A stretch of 64,000 nucleotides of DNA from Acidobacteriota bacterium (GCA_965248695.1 CBDFKD010000002.1:4128001-4192000); one strand, 5' to 3'; shown: positions 29,926 through 39,308, numbered from the stretch's first letter. Numbers and translations are program-made. Notes: generated by a model not told the origin, from the letters alone.

Positions 29926-29929
29926 CGTG

Positions 29930-29959
29930 CCTAACCAGGTTTGCCGTAGCCCCGTCCAA
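29930..29959 (+). promoter_or_regulatory. Putative ECF autoregulatory promoter CCTAAC-N17-CGTCCAA
   Basis: Ends 8 nt before the sigma ATG. Confidence 0.5.
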
Positions 29960-29967
29960 GAGAGCAG

Positions 29968-30540
29968 ATGAGCCAGACCGACCCGAAGATCGTCGCCCGC
30001 GCCAGAGCGGGCGAGGAGGAAGCGTTCAGGATGCTCGTGGAGCTGCACAGCCGAAGTGTCTTTCGCCTCGCGTACCGGCTGACCGGCAACGAAAGCGACG
30101 CCGAGGAGGCCGTGCAGGAGACGTTTCTACGTGTCTTCCGCCGCCTGGGCACCTTCCAGGAGAACGCAAGGTTCGAGACCTGGTTGTATCGCGTCGCATC
30201 CAACGCCTCGATGGACGTTATCCGTCGTCGCCAGCGGCATCACACCCGCCAGGCGCCGCTGGAGACGGAGCAGGGCGATCCGCGGCCGCTCGAAGCGCCG
30301 ACGCCGGCGCCCGATCGTGTCGCCGTGGCGGGCCAGATCGGCGATCGGGTTGCCGCGGCGCTCGACTGCCTCACGCCGGGAGAGCGCGCCGCCTTCACTT
30401 TGCGGCATCTGCAGGGGTTTTCGATCAACGAGATCGGCGAGGCCCTCGGTCTCCGATCCAACGCGGTCAAGAACGCCATCTTCCGGGCGGTGAGCAAGAT
30501 GCGACGCGAGCTGGCGCCGTTTGCCGGGTCGATGCGATGA
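29968..30540 (+). CDS. ECF RNA polymerase sigma-70 factor
   Basis: DAEEAVQETF, FETWLYRVASN, SINEIG...AVKNAIFRAVSKMR. Confidence 0.95.
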   Translation: MSQTDPKIVARARAGEEEAFRMLVELHSRSVFRLAYRLTGNESDAEEAVQETFLRVFRRLGTFQENARFETWLYRVASNASMDVIRRRQRHHTRQAPLETEQGDPRPLEAPTPAPDRVAVAGQIGDRVAAALDCLTPGERAAFTLRHLQGFSINEIGEALGLRSNAVKNAIFRAVSKMRRELAPFAGSMR

Positions 30541-31310
30541 AGCACCTGAGCGAGCACGAGTTGGTGATGGGGTTGCTGGGAGAGGCCGCGGAGCGAGATC
30601 GGGCCGCGCGGCACGTGGCGGAGTGCACGCCGTGTCGCGAGCAGCTGGAGGAGATTCGAGCCTCGCTCGATGCGACCAGCCAGACACCGGTTCCGGAGCC
30701 TGACGCCGGTTTCGAGCAGCGCATCTGGCGGCATCAGCGCAGTCATCTGAACGATGTGCTGGTGACGCCGCCACCAACCTCGGAATCAACCGGCGGGCTT
30801 GTCACCGCATTGTGGTCAGCGAGGCGACTGGCGTTGGGCGGGGCGCTGGCTGCCAGCCTGGTTCTCGCGTTCGTTGCCGGGCTCTACACTCCGCCCCCCG
30901 GCATGGACATCGTTCCACGTGGGTCGGCAGCTGGCGGCAACGCAGATCGGCTGTTGTTGGTTGCGGTGGGCGGGCATCTCGAGAGCGCTCGGGTGGTGCT
31001 CATCGAGCTCGCCAACGACGAGACGATGGGCGGCACTCACAGCACGCGCGCCGAACATCTGCTCGGAGACAACCGGCTGTATCGACAGACAGCCACCCTC
31101 AATGGCCAGACGGCGCTGGCCGAGGTGCTCGAAGAGCTCGAACGGGTCCTCCTCGAGGTAGCCCGAAGCCCGCGCTCGCCGGCGGAGGATCTCGAGTGGT
31201 TGCGAGATCGTATCGAGGCGCGCGATCTGCTTTTCCGAGTCAGTGTGATCGAACGACAGGCCCGAAAGGCCTTCGACAAAGCCCCCCGGGGCGTTCGAAG
31301 CAACTTATGA
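30537..31310 (+). CDS. Zinc-binding (ZAS) membrane anti-sigma factor
   Basis: MKHLSE...HVAECTPC (HxxxCxxC), TM helix, NRLYRQTA C-terminal domain; ATGA overlap. Confidence 0.88.
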   Translation: MKHLSEHELVMGLLGEAAERDRAARHVAECTPCREQLEEIRASLDATSQTPVPEPDAGFEQRIWRHQRSHLNDVLVTPPPTSESTGGLVTALWSARRLALGGALAASLVLAFVAGLYTPPPGMDIVPRGSAAGGNADRLLLVAVGGHLESARVVLIELANDETMGGTHSTRAEHLLGDNRLYRQTATLNGQTALAEVLEELERVLLEVARSPRSPAEDLEWLRDRIEARDLLFRVSVIERQARKAFDKAPRGVRSNL

Positions 31311-31320
31311 GGAGCCAAAG

Positions 31321-32577
31321 ATGAAGATGACGATGACGATGCACGCGGCATTGCTCTTGCTGGTCCTGGCGCTGGCCACCCCGGCGGGGGCACAGCCTGC
31401 CGCTCCGGTCCAGACGACATCTGTCGATGGCGAGCGCGCTGCACCGCAGGACGATCCGATCTACGAGCGCGCCACCGAGGCGCTCGACGGGGAGCGTTAC
31501 GAGGAGGCCATCGAGCTCTACGGCGCGGTCGTCGAACAGGGCGGCGCCCGTGTCGATGCGGCCCTGTACTGGATCGCCTACGCCCAGTCCAAGGCGGGCC
31601 GGGCGACGGTTGCCCTCGAGACCATCGCGCGATTGCGGGCCATGCATCCGCAAAGCCGCTGGATCAACGACGCCGGCTACCTGGAGGCGGAAGTGCGCGG
31701 CGCCGCCGGCCAGGCGCCGAGTGCGGAGACGGTCGCCGATGAAGAGATGCGGCTCTACGCGCTGAACTCGTTGATGCACGCCGATAGCGCCCGTGCGCTG
31801 CCTCTGCTACGGGGCATTCTCCAGGGTGACGAGGCCCACGAGATGAAGGCCCGTGCGCTGTTCGTGCTCATGCAATCGGACGACGACGCTGCCTTCGATA
31901 TCGTCGCGCAGCTGGCGCGCGAGGATTCCGACCCGAAGCTGCGTCTGCAAGCACTTCGCAACCTGGGGATGCACGGCGGTGCCAGAGCCGGGGAGCTGAT
32001 GTCGGAGATCTACGCATCGACCGACGACGGGAAGCTCAAGCGAGCGATCCTGAGGGGCTACTCGACGTCAGGCGACTCCGAGCGCCTGCTGCAGATCGCA
32101 CGCGACGAGACAAACGAGGAGCTGCGCATCGCGGCCATTCGCCAGCTGGCAATGACCGGCGCCGCCGAGGAGGTCTGGACGCTCTATCAAGGCGAGTCGT
32201 CGAAGCAGGCAAAGAGGGCAATCCTGCAGTCGATGTTCGTGACCGGCGAAGCGGGTAGGTTGCTCGAGGTGGCCCGAACCGAGCCGGACGACGATCTGCG
32301 GCGCGCGGCGATCCAGGGTTTGGCGATGGTCGGTGGCGAGGGGAACGATGATTCTGAGGTAAGCGCGGCGCTGGTCGAGCTGTATGGAACCGAGACCGAT
32401 GTCGAGATCCGCGCCGGCACGCTGCAGGCGCTGTGGATGCGCGGCGAGGCCAGCGCCTTGATCGCGCTCTTCGAGCAGGAGCCGGATCGCGATATGCGAC
32501 GCCGGATCGTGCAGGCGCTGTCGATGATGGAGTCGGAGGAGGCCATCGAGTTCCTCATCCGCATTATCGAGCAGTGA
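31321..32577 (+). CDS. Secreted TPR + HEAT-repeat protein
   Basis: Signal peptide, AALYWIAYAQ TPR, repeated LR..AI..L HEAT/PBS-like units. Confidence 0.85.
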   Translation: MKMTMTMHAALLLLVLALATPAGAQPAAPVQTTSVDGERAAPQDDPIYERATEALDGERYEEAIELYGAVVEQGGARVDAALYWIAYAQSKAGRATVALETIARLRAMHPQSRWINDAGYLEAEVRGAAGQAPSAETVADEEMRLYALNSLMHADSARALPLLRGILQGDEAHEMKARALFVLMQSDDDAAFDIVAQLAREDSDPKLRLQALRNLGMHGGARAGELMSEIYASTDDGKLKRAILRGYSTSGDSERLLQIARDETNEELRIAAIRQLAMTGAAEEVWTLYQGESSKQAKRAILQSMFVTGEAGRLLEVARTEPDDDLRRAAIQGLAMVGGEGNDDSEVSAALVELYGTETDVEIRAGTLQALWMRGEASALIALFEQEPDRDMRRRIVQALSMMESEEAIEFLIRIIEQ

Positions 32578-33483
32578 GACGCACAATCGAAGGAGCCCTG
32601 ATCCTGACGGTGCTTCTAATCTGCGCCATGGTTGCCGCCGCGCAGGAGCAAACAGGGCTGCTAGGGACTCGGATACAGCGACGCTCGGCGGCGGATGGAC
32701 TCGAGGCTGCCGTGCGGTCGGCGATCGGGGCCGACGAGACTGCCTGGACCGCTTACCAGGTGCCAGCGGCAGACGGCGATCACCACGTTTGTTGCCGCTC
32801 CGGTGACCGGTCATTGTCCGGTTGCAGCCTGCGTGATCTCGAGACAGGCAGTTTCTTCGCTCGTGAGGCTCGGCGCGTTCGACTATCCGAGCGGTCACGG
32901 GTGTGGGTGCTGATGCGTGCCGAGGCCGAGCGTATTCATCGCCTGCGAATCTTCCCGAGCGATTGTGATCTCGATGCCACCGACCAGGTAGTGGTCATGC
33001 TCACCGACGTGTCGCCGGCTCAGAGCGTGTCGTTCCTCGCGGCGATCGCCGAGCAGCGCGATGGTCCGGCTGCACTGCTGGCGACCGGCGAGGTGAAGCG
33101 GCTGACCACCGAGGCGGTAGGTGCGATCGGCGTGCACGCGGCCCCGGGCGCGATCGATGCGCTTATCCAGATCGGCCGCGGCGACGGACCACAGGCGCGT
33201 TCGCGGCCAGGCGCTGTTCTGGTTGTCGCAGGCAGCCGGCGCGCGTGCCGTGGCGACGCTGGAATCCGTGGTCGAGACCGATCCCGACGTCGAGATCAAG
33301 AAGCAGGCGCTGTTCGCCCTCGGTCAGCTCCCCGCCGACCGCGGTGTGCCTCTGCTGATCCGCATCGCGGGCACCCACGTGAGTCCGGCGGTGCGCAAGC
33401 AGGCGATCTTCTGGCTCGGCCAGTCTGAGTCGCCGGCGGCGTTTGATTTCATCGTCGAGCTACTCGAATCCGCCGAGAGCTGA
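32574..33483 (+). pseudogene. Secreted HEAT-repeat protein split by a frameshift near 33183-33200 (real lesion or sequencing error)
   Basis: Frame of ORF 32433..33428 gives signal peptide to IDALIQIGRGD; frame of ORF 33121..33483 continues VRGQALFWLSQ...VRKQAIFWLGQS. Confidence 0.8.
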
Positions 33484-33515
33484 CCGTCGCCGCCGCGGCT
33501 CCAGGCGATGGCCGC

Positions 33516-33554
33516 AACGAACAACGCCCCGAGACGGCAATGCGTCCCGGGGCG
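33516..33554 (-). terminator. Intrinsic terminator of the 119-aa gene
   Basis: CGCCCCGGGACG/CGTCTCGGGGCG stem followed by TTGTTCGTT on minus strand. Confidence 0.65.
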
Positions 33555-33576
33555 AGTGTCGATGGTACGACTGTGA

Positions 33577-33936
33577 TCAGGCGACGCGGGCGATGTCGAG
33601 GTCGATCTCGCCGTTCTCCTGGTCGAGGCGCTCGCGGATGAGCTTCGGCGTCACGCCAACGTAGTCGCAGACTTCCTCGAACCAGGTGCTGTCGAAGAAA
33701 TCGCGCGGATCGCCATCCTCGGTCATCTGACGCAGCTTCTTGCGATCGTAGCGTGAGGTTCTTGCCTGCTCCTTCATGCGCTGAAGGAATCGGTAGTCAT
33801 GGACGGCCAGCTCGATCATGGAGAGGTACAGCTGCCGGCAGGAATCGACATCGTATTCCTCGATTTCCGCCGACAAGCGACCGAGGATCTCATCGTTATT
33901 CTGGGTGTTGAGAAACTCGGCTGTAATGGTAGCCAT
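33577..33936 (-). CDS. Hypothetical small acidic helical protein
   Basis: 119 aa with typical codon usage and own terminator; RQLYLSMIELAVHDYR...FFDSTWFEEVCDYVGVTPKLIRERL. Confidence 0.8.
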   Translation of the reverse strand: MATITAEFLNTQNNDEILGRLSAEIEEYDVDSCRQLYLSMIELAVHDYRFLQRMKEQARTSRYDRKKLRQMTEDGDPRDFFDSTWFEEVCDYVGVTPKLIRERLDQENGEIDLDIARVA

Positions 33937-33950
33937 CGTCTTTGCTCACT

Positions 33951-34036
33951 TTTCCAAAGATTGTGCAAACGTGATTTCTTACTTATACAAAGCATCTGCA
34001 GAAGAAAACAAGCCCCGTTGCGCAATTTTTGCACAA
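33951..34036. promoter_or_regulatory. AT-rich divergent promoter with 11-bp-phased TnnnCA repeats (CarH/LitR-type operator)
   Basis: TTTCCA 33951, TGTGCA 33962, TATACA 33984, TCTGCA 33995; second pair TGCGCA 34019, TGCACA 34030. Confidence 0.6.
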
Positions 34037-34054
34037 GAATTACGCTTGTTCCCG

Positions 34055-34939
34055 ATGAACTACTCAATCAAAGCTGCGGCGATGGCAACGGGCGTCAGCG
34101 AGAGTCGCCTACGGACCTGGGAGCGGCGTTACGGAATCCCTCGTCCAGATCGGTCCGCGAACGGCCAGCGGCAGTTCGACGACAGCGATCTGACGATCAT
34201 CCGACGCATGTCCTCACTCATCCATTCGGGGGTTCGCGCCTCCGATGCGGCCGACGTCGTGCTGACAGAGGGCCCCGGGGACATCCCGGAGCCGGTCACC
34301 CCGAAGCGCGCTCATCCGCTCGTGGATCTTCTGGTGCAGAAGGCGGAGGCACTGGACGGCGAGTGGGTAGCACGGATCGTGCGCGACTCGGTGTTTTCCA
34401 CCGGCTGGGCGCCGACCATGGAACGCGTGGTGTTCCCCTCGCTCAGCCGGCTGACACGTTACTGGGGAGAAGCCAGGACCACACAGGCGCATGTGCGGTT
34501 CACCCACGAGCTGATCCGCTCAGAGATTGCCGCCGAGCTCGTCAGGCTCGGTCAGCCGGATGCCGGCCGTCCAACGGTGATGCTGACGTGCGTGGAAGAC
34601 GACGAATATGACGTCGCGGCGATGTCTCTCGCGCTGCTGCTACGCCTGGTGGAGATCCCGGTCATGTATCTGGGGCGCTCCATCCCGTGCCACGACCTCA
34701 TTCAAGCCGCAAAGCAGGTGAAGCCCCAGGCGGTCTGCATCATCGGCACCCGCCGGGCCAGCCCCGGAGTGCTTAACCGGTGCTCTCGCGCACTGGTGTC
34801 CAGCCGATTGCAGTCGCAATTGTTCGTCGGTGGCTCGGTGCTGACCCGTCGTGACGCGCCGGAGATTCCGGGCATGCATCTGCCGCAATCGTTGATTGCC
34901 GCGGCCGAGCGCATCGAGCAATCGCTCACGCGCGCCTGA
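34055..34939 (+). CDS. MerR-family CarH/LitR-like regulator with degenerate B12-binding domain
   Basis: YSIKAAA..TGVSESRLRTWERRYG..RPDRSANGQRQF HTH; helical cap; Rossmann domain YLGRSIP, FVGG. Confidence 0.88.
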   Translation: MNYSIKAAAMATGVSESRLRTWERRYGIPRPDRSANGQRQFDDSDLTIIRRMSSLIHSGVRASDAADVVLTEGPGDIPEPVTPKRAHPLVDLLVQKAEALDGEWVARIVRDSVFSTGWAPTMERVVFPSLSRLTRYWGEARTTQAHVRFTHELIRSEIAAELVRLGQPDAGRPTVMLTCVEDDEYDVAAMSLALLLRLVEIPVMYLGRSIPCHDLIQAAKQVKPQAVCIIGTRRASPGVLNRCSRALVSSRLQSQLFVGGSVLTRRDAPEIPGMHLPQSLIAAAERIEQSLTRA

Positions 34940-34980
34940 AGGCCCCCAGCTTGGTTCGCCGGGCTGCCGATAATCGCGCC

Positions 34981-37395
34981 CTACTGGCTCCCGCCGCGTC
35001 CGGCCGCCGACGGGTGCAATTTCAGCGTCGATATCGTGTTGGCGGCGATCGCCGCTTCGCTCCAGTGGACCGGTCGAAGAACTCCTGCGAGATAGGCCGC
35101 CAGCTGGTCGTCGTAGTGTCGATCTGCCGGGTGCCCCGAGTGACCGGCGGGTAGGATGGCGCGCGAGCGGTCGGGATCGTCGAGGTCGGTCACCCATCGC
35201 ATCGACGGTCCATACGCGACGCTCTGGTTGCCGTTCGACCACCCGCCTCCGAAGGCCGCGATGGTGGTGGCGGAGCCGGGAAGCGGAATCGGCCCGCGGT
35301 TGAACCAGGCGCCGATCAGCGGCGCCGCGCCGGCCGGATTTCGCAGCCAGAGGTGGTGAAGCTCGGCGTAGTCCCAATCGTCGGGTTCTGCCCCCCAACG
35401 CCGCGCACCCTCTTGCCAGGCACGCTCGAGGGCAGCGGACACGATGTCGCGGCGGGTCTCGCGTTCGGGCGTGCCGACGTCGTCGAACCATTCGGGCGAC
35501 AGATCGCCGCGCAGCAGGCGCAGCAGCTGCGCCCGGCCACCGATGCGCCGTAGGCCGTGCGCCCGTGCCTCATCGTCGAACGTTCCGAGCGTCAGCTCGC
35601 GGTCCAAGATGAGGAATAGGGCCCCGGCACCGCCGATCGCCATCGCCCCGTCCCATTCCGCCAGCGCCTGGTATGCGGTGGCCGCGTCGCCGGTGGTGTC
35701 GTCGTCCAGCAATCCCACCAGCTCCAAGGCGTATGAGGAGTAAATGTCGGCTTGCACGGACTGCATGTCGGCGACCGTCCACTGATCGCGCCGCTCGAGC
35801 AGCTCGCGGATTCGCCTGGCGCGGTGCGGAGTATCGAAGTCGGCGGTCATCGGTGTCGCGAGCGACGACTCGGTGCCCGGACGTATGTCGTTGTTCGCGG
35901 TCACGAGGAGGTCGGTGGCGGGACGCAGCCGGGTGGGGTTATCGGCTTGCGGCAGCAGCCCATCCCAGCCGTACTCTCGATTCCAGGCCGGCGCCGGTAG
36001 GCGGCCGTTCCCGGTGCGTCGCGCCGGAATTCGGCCCAGCGCGGTGTACAGGAGCCCACCCTCTCGATCGGCAGCGACGAGATTCTGTGCGGGAGCGGCG
36101 TAAATATCGAGCTGGCCGACAACGTCGTCCACCGAGCTAGCGCGCGCCAATCTCAGGAATGCGGCCGGCGGATCAGCGGCAACGGCTCCAGTCCACGCCA
36201 TGCTGCGTGCCGGCAGCCCGCGCTCGGGGTCGGGCTCCAGCAGGACGCCGAGATCCGAGTAGCGAACGGTCAGCGTCACCGGGCTGCCGCCCGCAACCTC
36301 GATACGTTCTTCGACGATCTCCAGCGGTAGCCGATCGTCGCCCCGTTCGACGCTCGATCCGTCGGCGCTCAGCCGCTCGAAGAAAAGGTCGTGATCGTCG
36401 AGCATGACGTTGGTCAGCGCCCAGGCCAACCGAGGCCCTCGTCCGATGACCACGAAGGGGAACCCGGGCAACGTCATGCCCGCTGCCTCGTAATCCGGCG
36501 AGCGCGCCACCACCTGGTACCAGAAGCCGGGCAAGCTCAACGGCAGGTGCGGGTCGCTCGCAACCAGCGGGCGTCCCGAAGCGGTGCGCGAGCCGCCGAG
36601 CGCCCAGTTGTTGCTGCCTGGGCTGGCGGAAAACGCACTCGCAGCGACACCCGCGACCAGAGGCGCGCTGATCGCCGAGGTCGCGGTCGGCGCCCATTCC
36701 TCACGCGCCAGCGAGAGAATCGACTCGGCGACGTGAAGGTCGGGCTCATCGAGCAGATCGGCGAGGCGCTCGCGACCGTAGGCCCCGATCCACTCGTAGC
36801 GATCTTCCTCGGGACGCCCCTGCCAGAACGACAGCTCGTGCGCCATCTGCAGCTGGAAGTAGATGCTGTCGATCGGCTCCCATGGCTGCGGATCCACGCC
36901 GAGGAGCCAGAGCTCGGGTGGAAGATCGGAGCCGCGCTCGCGCAACCAGGCGTTCACACCGTGTGCGTAGGCCTCCAACAGGGTTCGGGTCTCCGCCGAC
37001 ACCTCTTCCAGGATCGTCGCTGCGTAGCGCTGCATGCCCAGGGAACGGAAGTAGCGATCCGACGGCATCGCCGCCGGTCCGACTACCTCAGCGAGCCGTC
37101 CGGAGGTCAGTCGTCGGCCGAGCTCCAGCTGCACGAGGCGGTCGTTTGCGTGCAGATAGCCCAGGGCGGCCGCCAGATCGGCGGTGCTGTCGGCATTGAC
37201 GTGCGGGACTCCCCAGTCGTTGAAGCGTACGGTCACCGGCGCGGTGAGCCCCGCCAGCTCCACCTCACCTGAGCGCCGCGGTAGGCCGCCACGGGAAATC
37301 CACCAGAAAGCCGCCATGGCGATGATGAGCAGCACCACGGCTGCCAGAAGTGACCGCAGAGCGATACGACGAATCATTCGGCGAGCCTGTGACAC
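34981..37395 (-). CDS. Penicillin acylase family (S45) Ntn-hydrolase
   Basis: N-terminal TM, WGVPHV, GYLHANDRL, catalytic GSNNW, DPHL, HYDDQL. Confidence 0.93.
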   Translation of the reverse strand: MSQARRMIRRIALRSLLAAVVLLIIAMAAFWWISRGGLPRRSGEVELAGLTAPVTVRFNDWGVPHVNADSTADLAAALGYLHANDRLVQLELGRRLTSGRLAEVVGPAAMPSDRYFRSLGMQRYAATILEEVSAETRTLLEAYAHGVNAWLRERGSDLPPELWLLGVDPQPWEPIDSIYFQLQMAHELSFWQGRPEEDRYEWIGAYGRERLADLLDEPDLHVAESILSLAREEWAPTATSAISAPLVAGVAASAFSASPGSNNWALGGSRTASGRPLVASDPHLPLSLPGFWYQVVARSPDYEAAGMTLPGFPFVVIGRGPRLAWALTNVMLDDHDLFFERLSADGSSVERGDDRLPLEIVEERIEVAGGSPVTLTVRYSDLGVLLEPDPERGLPARSMAWTGAVAADPPAAFLRLARASSVDDVVGQLDIYAAPAQNLVAADREGGLLYTALGRIPARRTGNGRLPAPAWNREYGWDGLLPQADNPTRLRPATDLLVTANNDIRPGTESSLATPMTADFDTPHRARRIRELLERRDQWTVADMQSVQADIYSSYALELVGLLDDDTTGDAATAYQALAEWDGAMAIGGAGALFLILDRELTLGTFDDEARAHGLRRIGGRAQLLRLLRGDLSPEWFDDVGTPERETRRDIVSAALERAWQEGARRWGAEPDDWDYAELHHLWLRNPAGAAPLIGAWFNRGPIPLPGSATTIAAFGGGWSNGNQSVAYGPSMRWVTDLDDPDRSRAILPAGHSGHPADRHYDDQLAAYLAGVLRPVHWSEAAIAANTISTLKLHPSAAGRGGSQ

Positions 37396-37439
37396 ACGGG
37401 TGTACAGCGCAAGCGTCCGCGGCGATGGTTACGGCGCGC

Positions 37440-37994
37440 TCAGTCGGCTCGCTGCAGGCTGCTGGCGAACAGCTCCACCTGAGCGGCGATCGCCGCGTAC
37501 TCGGCCTCCGGCGCGCCCCAGCTGATGACGTACGGCATGCCGGCATGCAGAAACAGGAGGCGGCGGACCTTTATCGGCCCGGCAACGCTTGGCCGGATGC
37601 TCAGTGATGCGTGGACCCGCAGGCCGTTGATAGCTTCCCACCTGGCGTTGAGCACGGTGGTGCCGCTGACGGAGTCGACCAGCACTCGGAACAGCTCCTC
37701 CACCAGCTGCCGCTCGGTGGCGGTAGACATATCCGCTGGTAGCCCCGCTTCAGCGTCGCTCTGCACCGTGAAGTGGGGGAAGCCGCTGGGTCCGCCGATG
37801 AAATGCAGCTGCACACCACCGCCCCGGATCCCGGAATCCTGCCAGTCTGAGGGGCGATCGATGACCAGATCGCGATCGGCGAACCGCACCGGTACGGATC
37901 CCGGAGGCAGAGTCCATCCGCCCGGCGCCGCCTGTGGCACGGTTGCGCCGGCGACGGCAAGGACGCTAAACAACAGCAAGACTGCGCGCGTCAT
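37440..37994 (-). CDS. Hypothetical secreted protein (possibly PsbP/DcrB-like fold)
   Basis: Signal peptide; IDRPSDW; C-terminal YVISWGAPEAEY...FASSL. Confidence 0.6.
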   Translation of the reverse strand: MTRAVLLLFSVLAVAGATVPQAAPGGWTLPPGSVPVRFADRDLVIDRPSDWQDSGIRGGGVQLHFIGGPSGFPHFTVQSDAEAGLPADMSTATERQLVEELFRVLVDSVSGTTVLNARWEAINGLRVHASLSIRPSVAGPIKVRRLLFLHAGMPYVISWGAPEAEYAAIAAQVELFASSLQRAD

Positions 37995-38294
37995 GGTGGG
38001 CCGGGTGGGAAGGGGGAACGTGATCTTGCGTTGATTCTCGCCCCTGTCTCGTCGGCTCGATAGGCGCGGGGGCGCGCTCCTCTCGACCCACCCGGCGATC
38101 GCGGTCGCCGGTGGCCGCCCCCGGCCAGTTGCAGCGAGCCAGTGTGACGATGAACGCCAGAAACAGCCCGATGGCGTCGCCGATGCCTGAGAATCGTCTG
38201 CGGGAGCAACTCCACGTCCGACTTTTGCGAGACTATGGGGCTCTAACGGAGTAATCAGAGAGATTGTCGCTCCCCAGCGACAGGAGGTACGTCG

Positions 38295-39308
38295 GTGATG
38301 TTTGGTTTGAACCTACGCTCCCGCGGCGTTATGGCGCTGGCGGGACTGTGTGCGGTGATGGGCTTGATGGCGGCGTCGGTGGGCACCGTCCAGGCCGGCG
38401 CTCCGCAGACGGAACAGAAGGTGGCGCCGCAGGTGGAGGAGAAGGTCGCTCCGCAGACGGAAGAGAAGGTCAAGGAAGCCGCCGAGCTACTGCGGGCCCA
38501 CGAGGTCTACACCGAGCATCTGCAGAATGCCGTGCACGACGCGCGGCGGGCTGCGGAGGCCGGGCGCCATCAGCTGGTGGAGCAGCTTGCGCAGGCCAGG
38601 GCGCACTGGAACGAGGCCCGGCGTCACGGTCTCGAGTCCACGTACAAGGGTCTGCAAGAGCGCCGCGAGCGGGCGCACAACGGCATGCAGGAACGCCGCG
38701 AGCGCCTGCGTGTCGCGCCGCGCATCGCGCTTCGCCGCCATTGTTCCCGCGGCGGCAGTATCGCCGAGCGTGTCCTCGACATGTCCGAGGATCTGGAGCT
38801 CACCGAGCAGCAGCGGGACGAGATCCGCGAGTTGCGGCGTCAGGACCGGCGGGCCTCGATCGAACGTGACGCTGCCATCGAAGTGGCCGACCTGGATCTC
38901 GAGGAGTTAATGGAGGACCGGCATACCGCCGATTTGGGCGCCGTCGAGCAGCAGATGCAGCGGATTGGCAACTTGCGTGTGGCCAGCCGCATCGCCGATC
39001 TGCGCTTGTCGCAGCAGGTGTGGGGAATGCTGACTGCGGAGCAACGTGAGCAGTTCCAGGACGAGCGCCACAACGTCTTCATGCTGCGCGGTGACGGTCC
39101 GTTCAGCTGGTCGTCTTCGTCGGGCGACAACTTCGTCTTCGATCTCGATGCCGATGACTTCATGCCTGATGAGTGGATGGATGACTTCGACTTCGATTTC
39201 GAGTTCGGACCGGGCGACGCGCCGTTCGGTGTGTGGCGCTTCCGCGATCGGATGCACGAGGACGACGAGGTGCACGAGGAGGAGCAGGAGGGCGAGGTAA
39301 AGACGTGA
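38295..39308 (+). CDS. Spy/CpxP-family periplasmic protein with extensions
   Basis: AGGAGG RBS, signal peptide, LELTEQQ and LTAEQ (LTxxQ) motifs. Confidence 0.8.
   Translation: MMFGLNLRSRGVMALAGLCAVMGLMAASVGTVQAGAPQTEQKVAPQVEEKVAPQTEEKVKEAAELLRAHEVYTEHLQNAVHDARRAAEAGRHQLVEQLAQARAHWNEARRHGLESTYKGLQERRERAHNGMQERRERLRVAPRIALRRHCSRGGSIAERVLDMSEDLELTEQQRDEIRELRRQDRRASIERDAAIEVADLDLEELMEDRHTADLGAVEQQMQRIGNLRVASRIADLRLSQQVWGMLTAEQREQFQDERHNVFMLRGDGPFSWSSSSGDNFVFDLDADDFMPDEWMDDFDFDFEFGPGDAPFGVWRFRDRMHEDDEVHEEEQEGEVKT
38400..38471 (+). repeat. 3 x 24-bp coding tandem repeat (APQTEQKV/APQVEEKV/APQTEEKV)
   Basis: Seen in DNA and translation. Confidence 0.85.

Noticed and set aside
38000-38096. GC-rich hairpin upstream of the 184-aa gene; similar stems at 28562-28653 and 39401-39443
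   Set aside because: Compatible with ordinary terminators or chance pairing; no shared sequence among them.
38400-38471. 24-bp repeats as a mini-CRISPR
   Set aside because: No spacers, in-frame coding, no cas genes.
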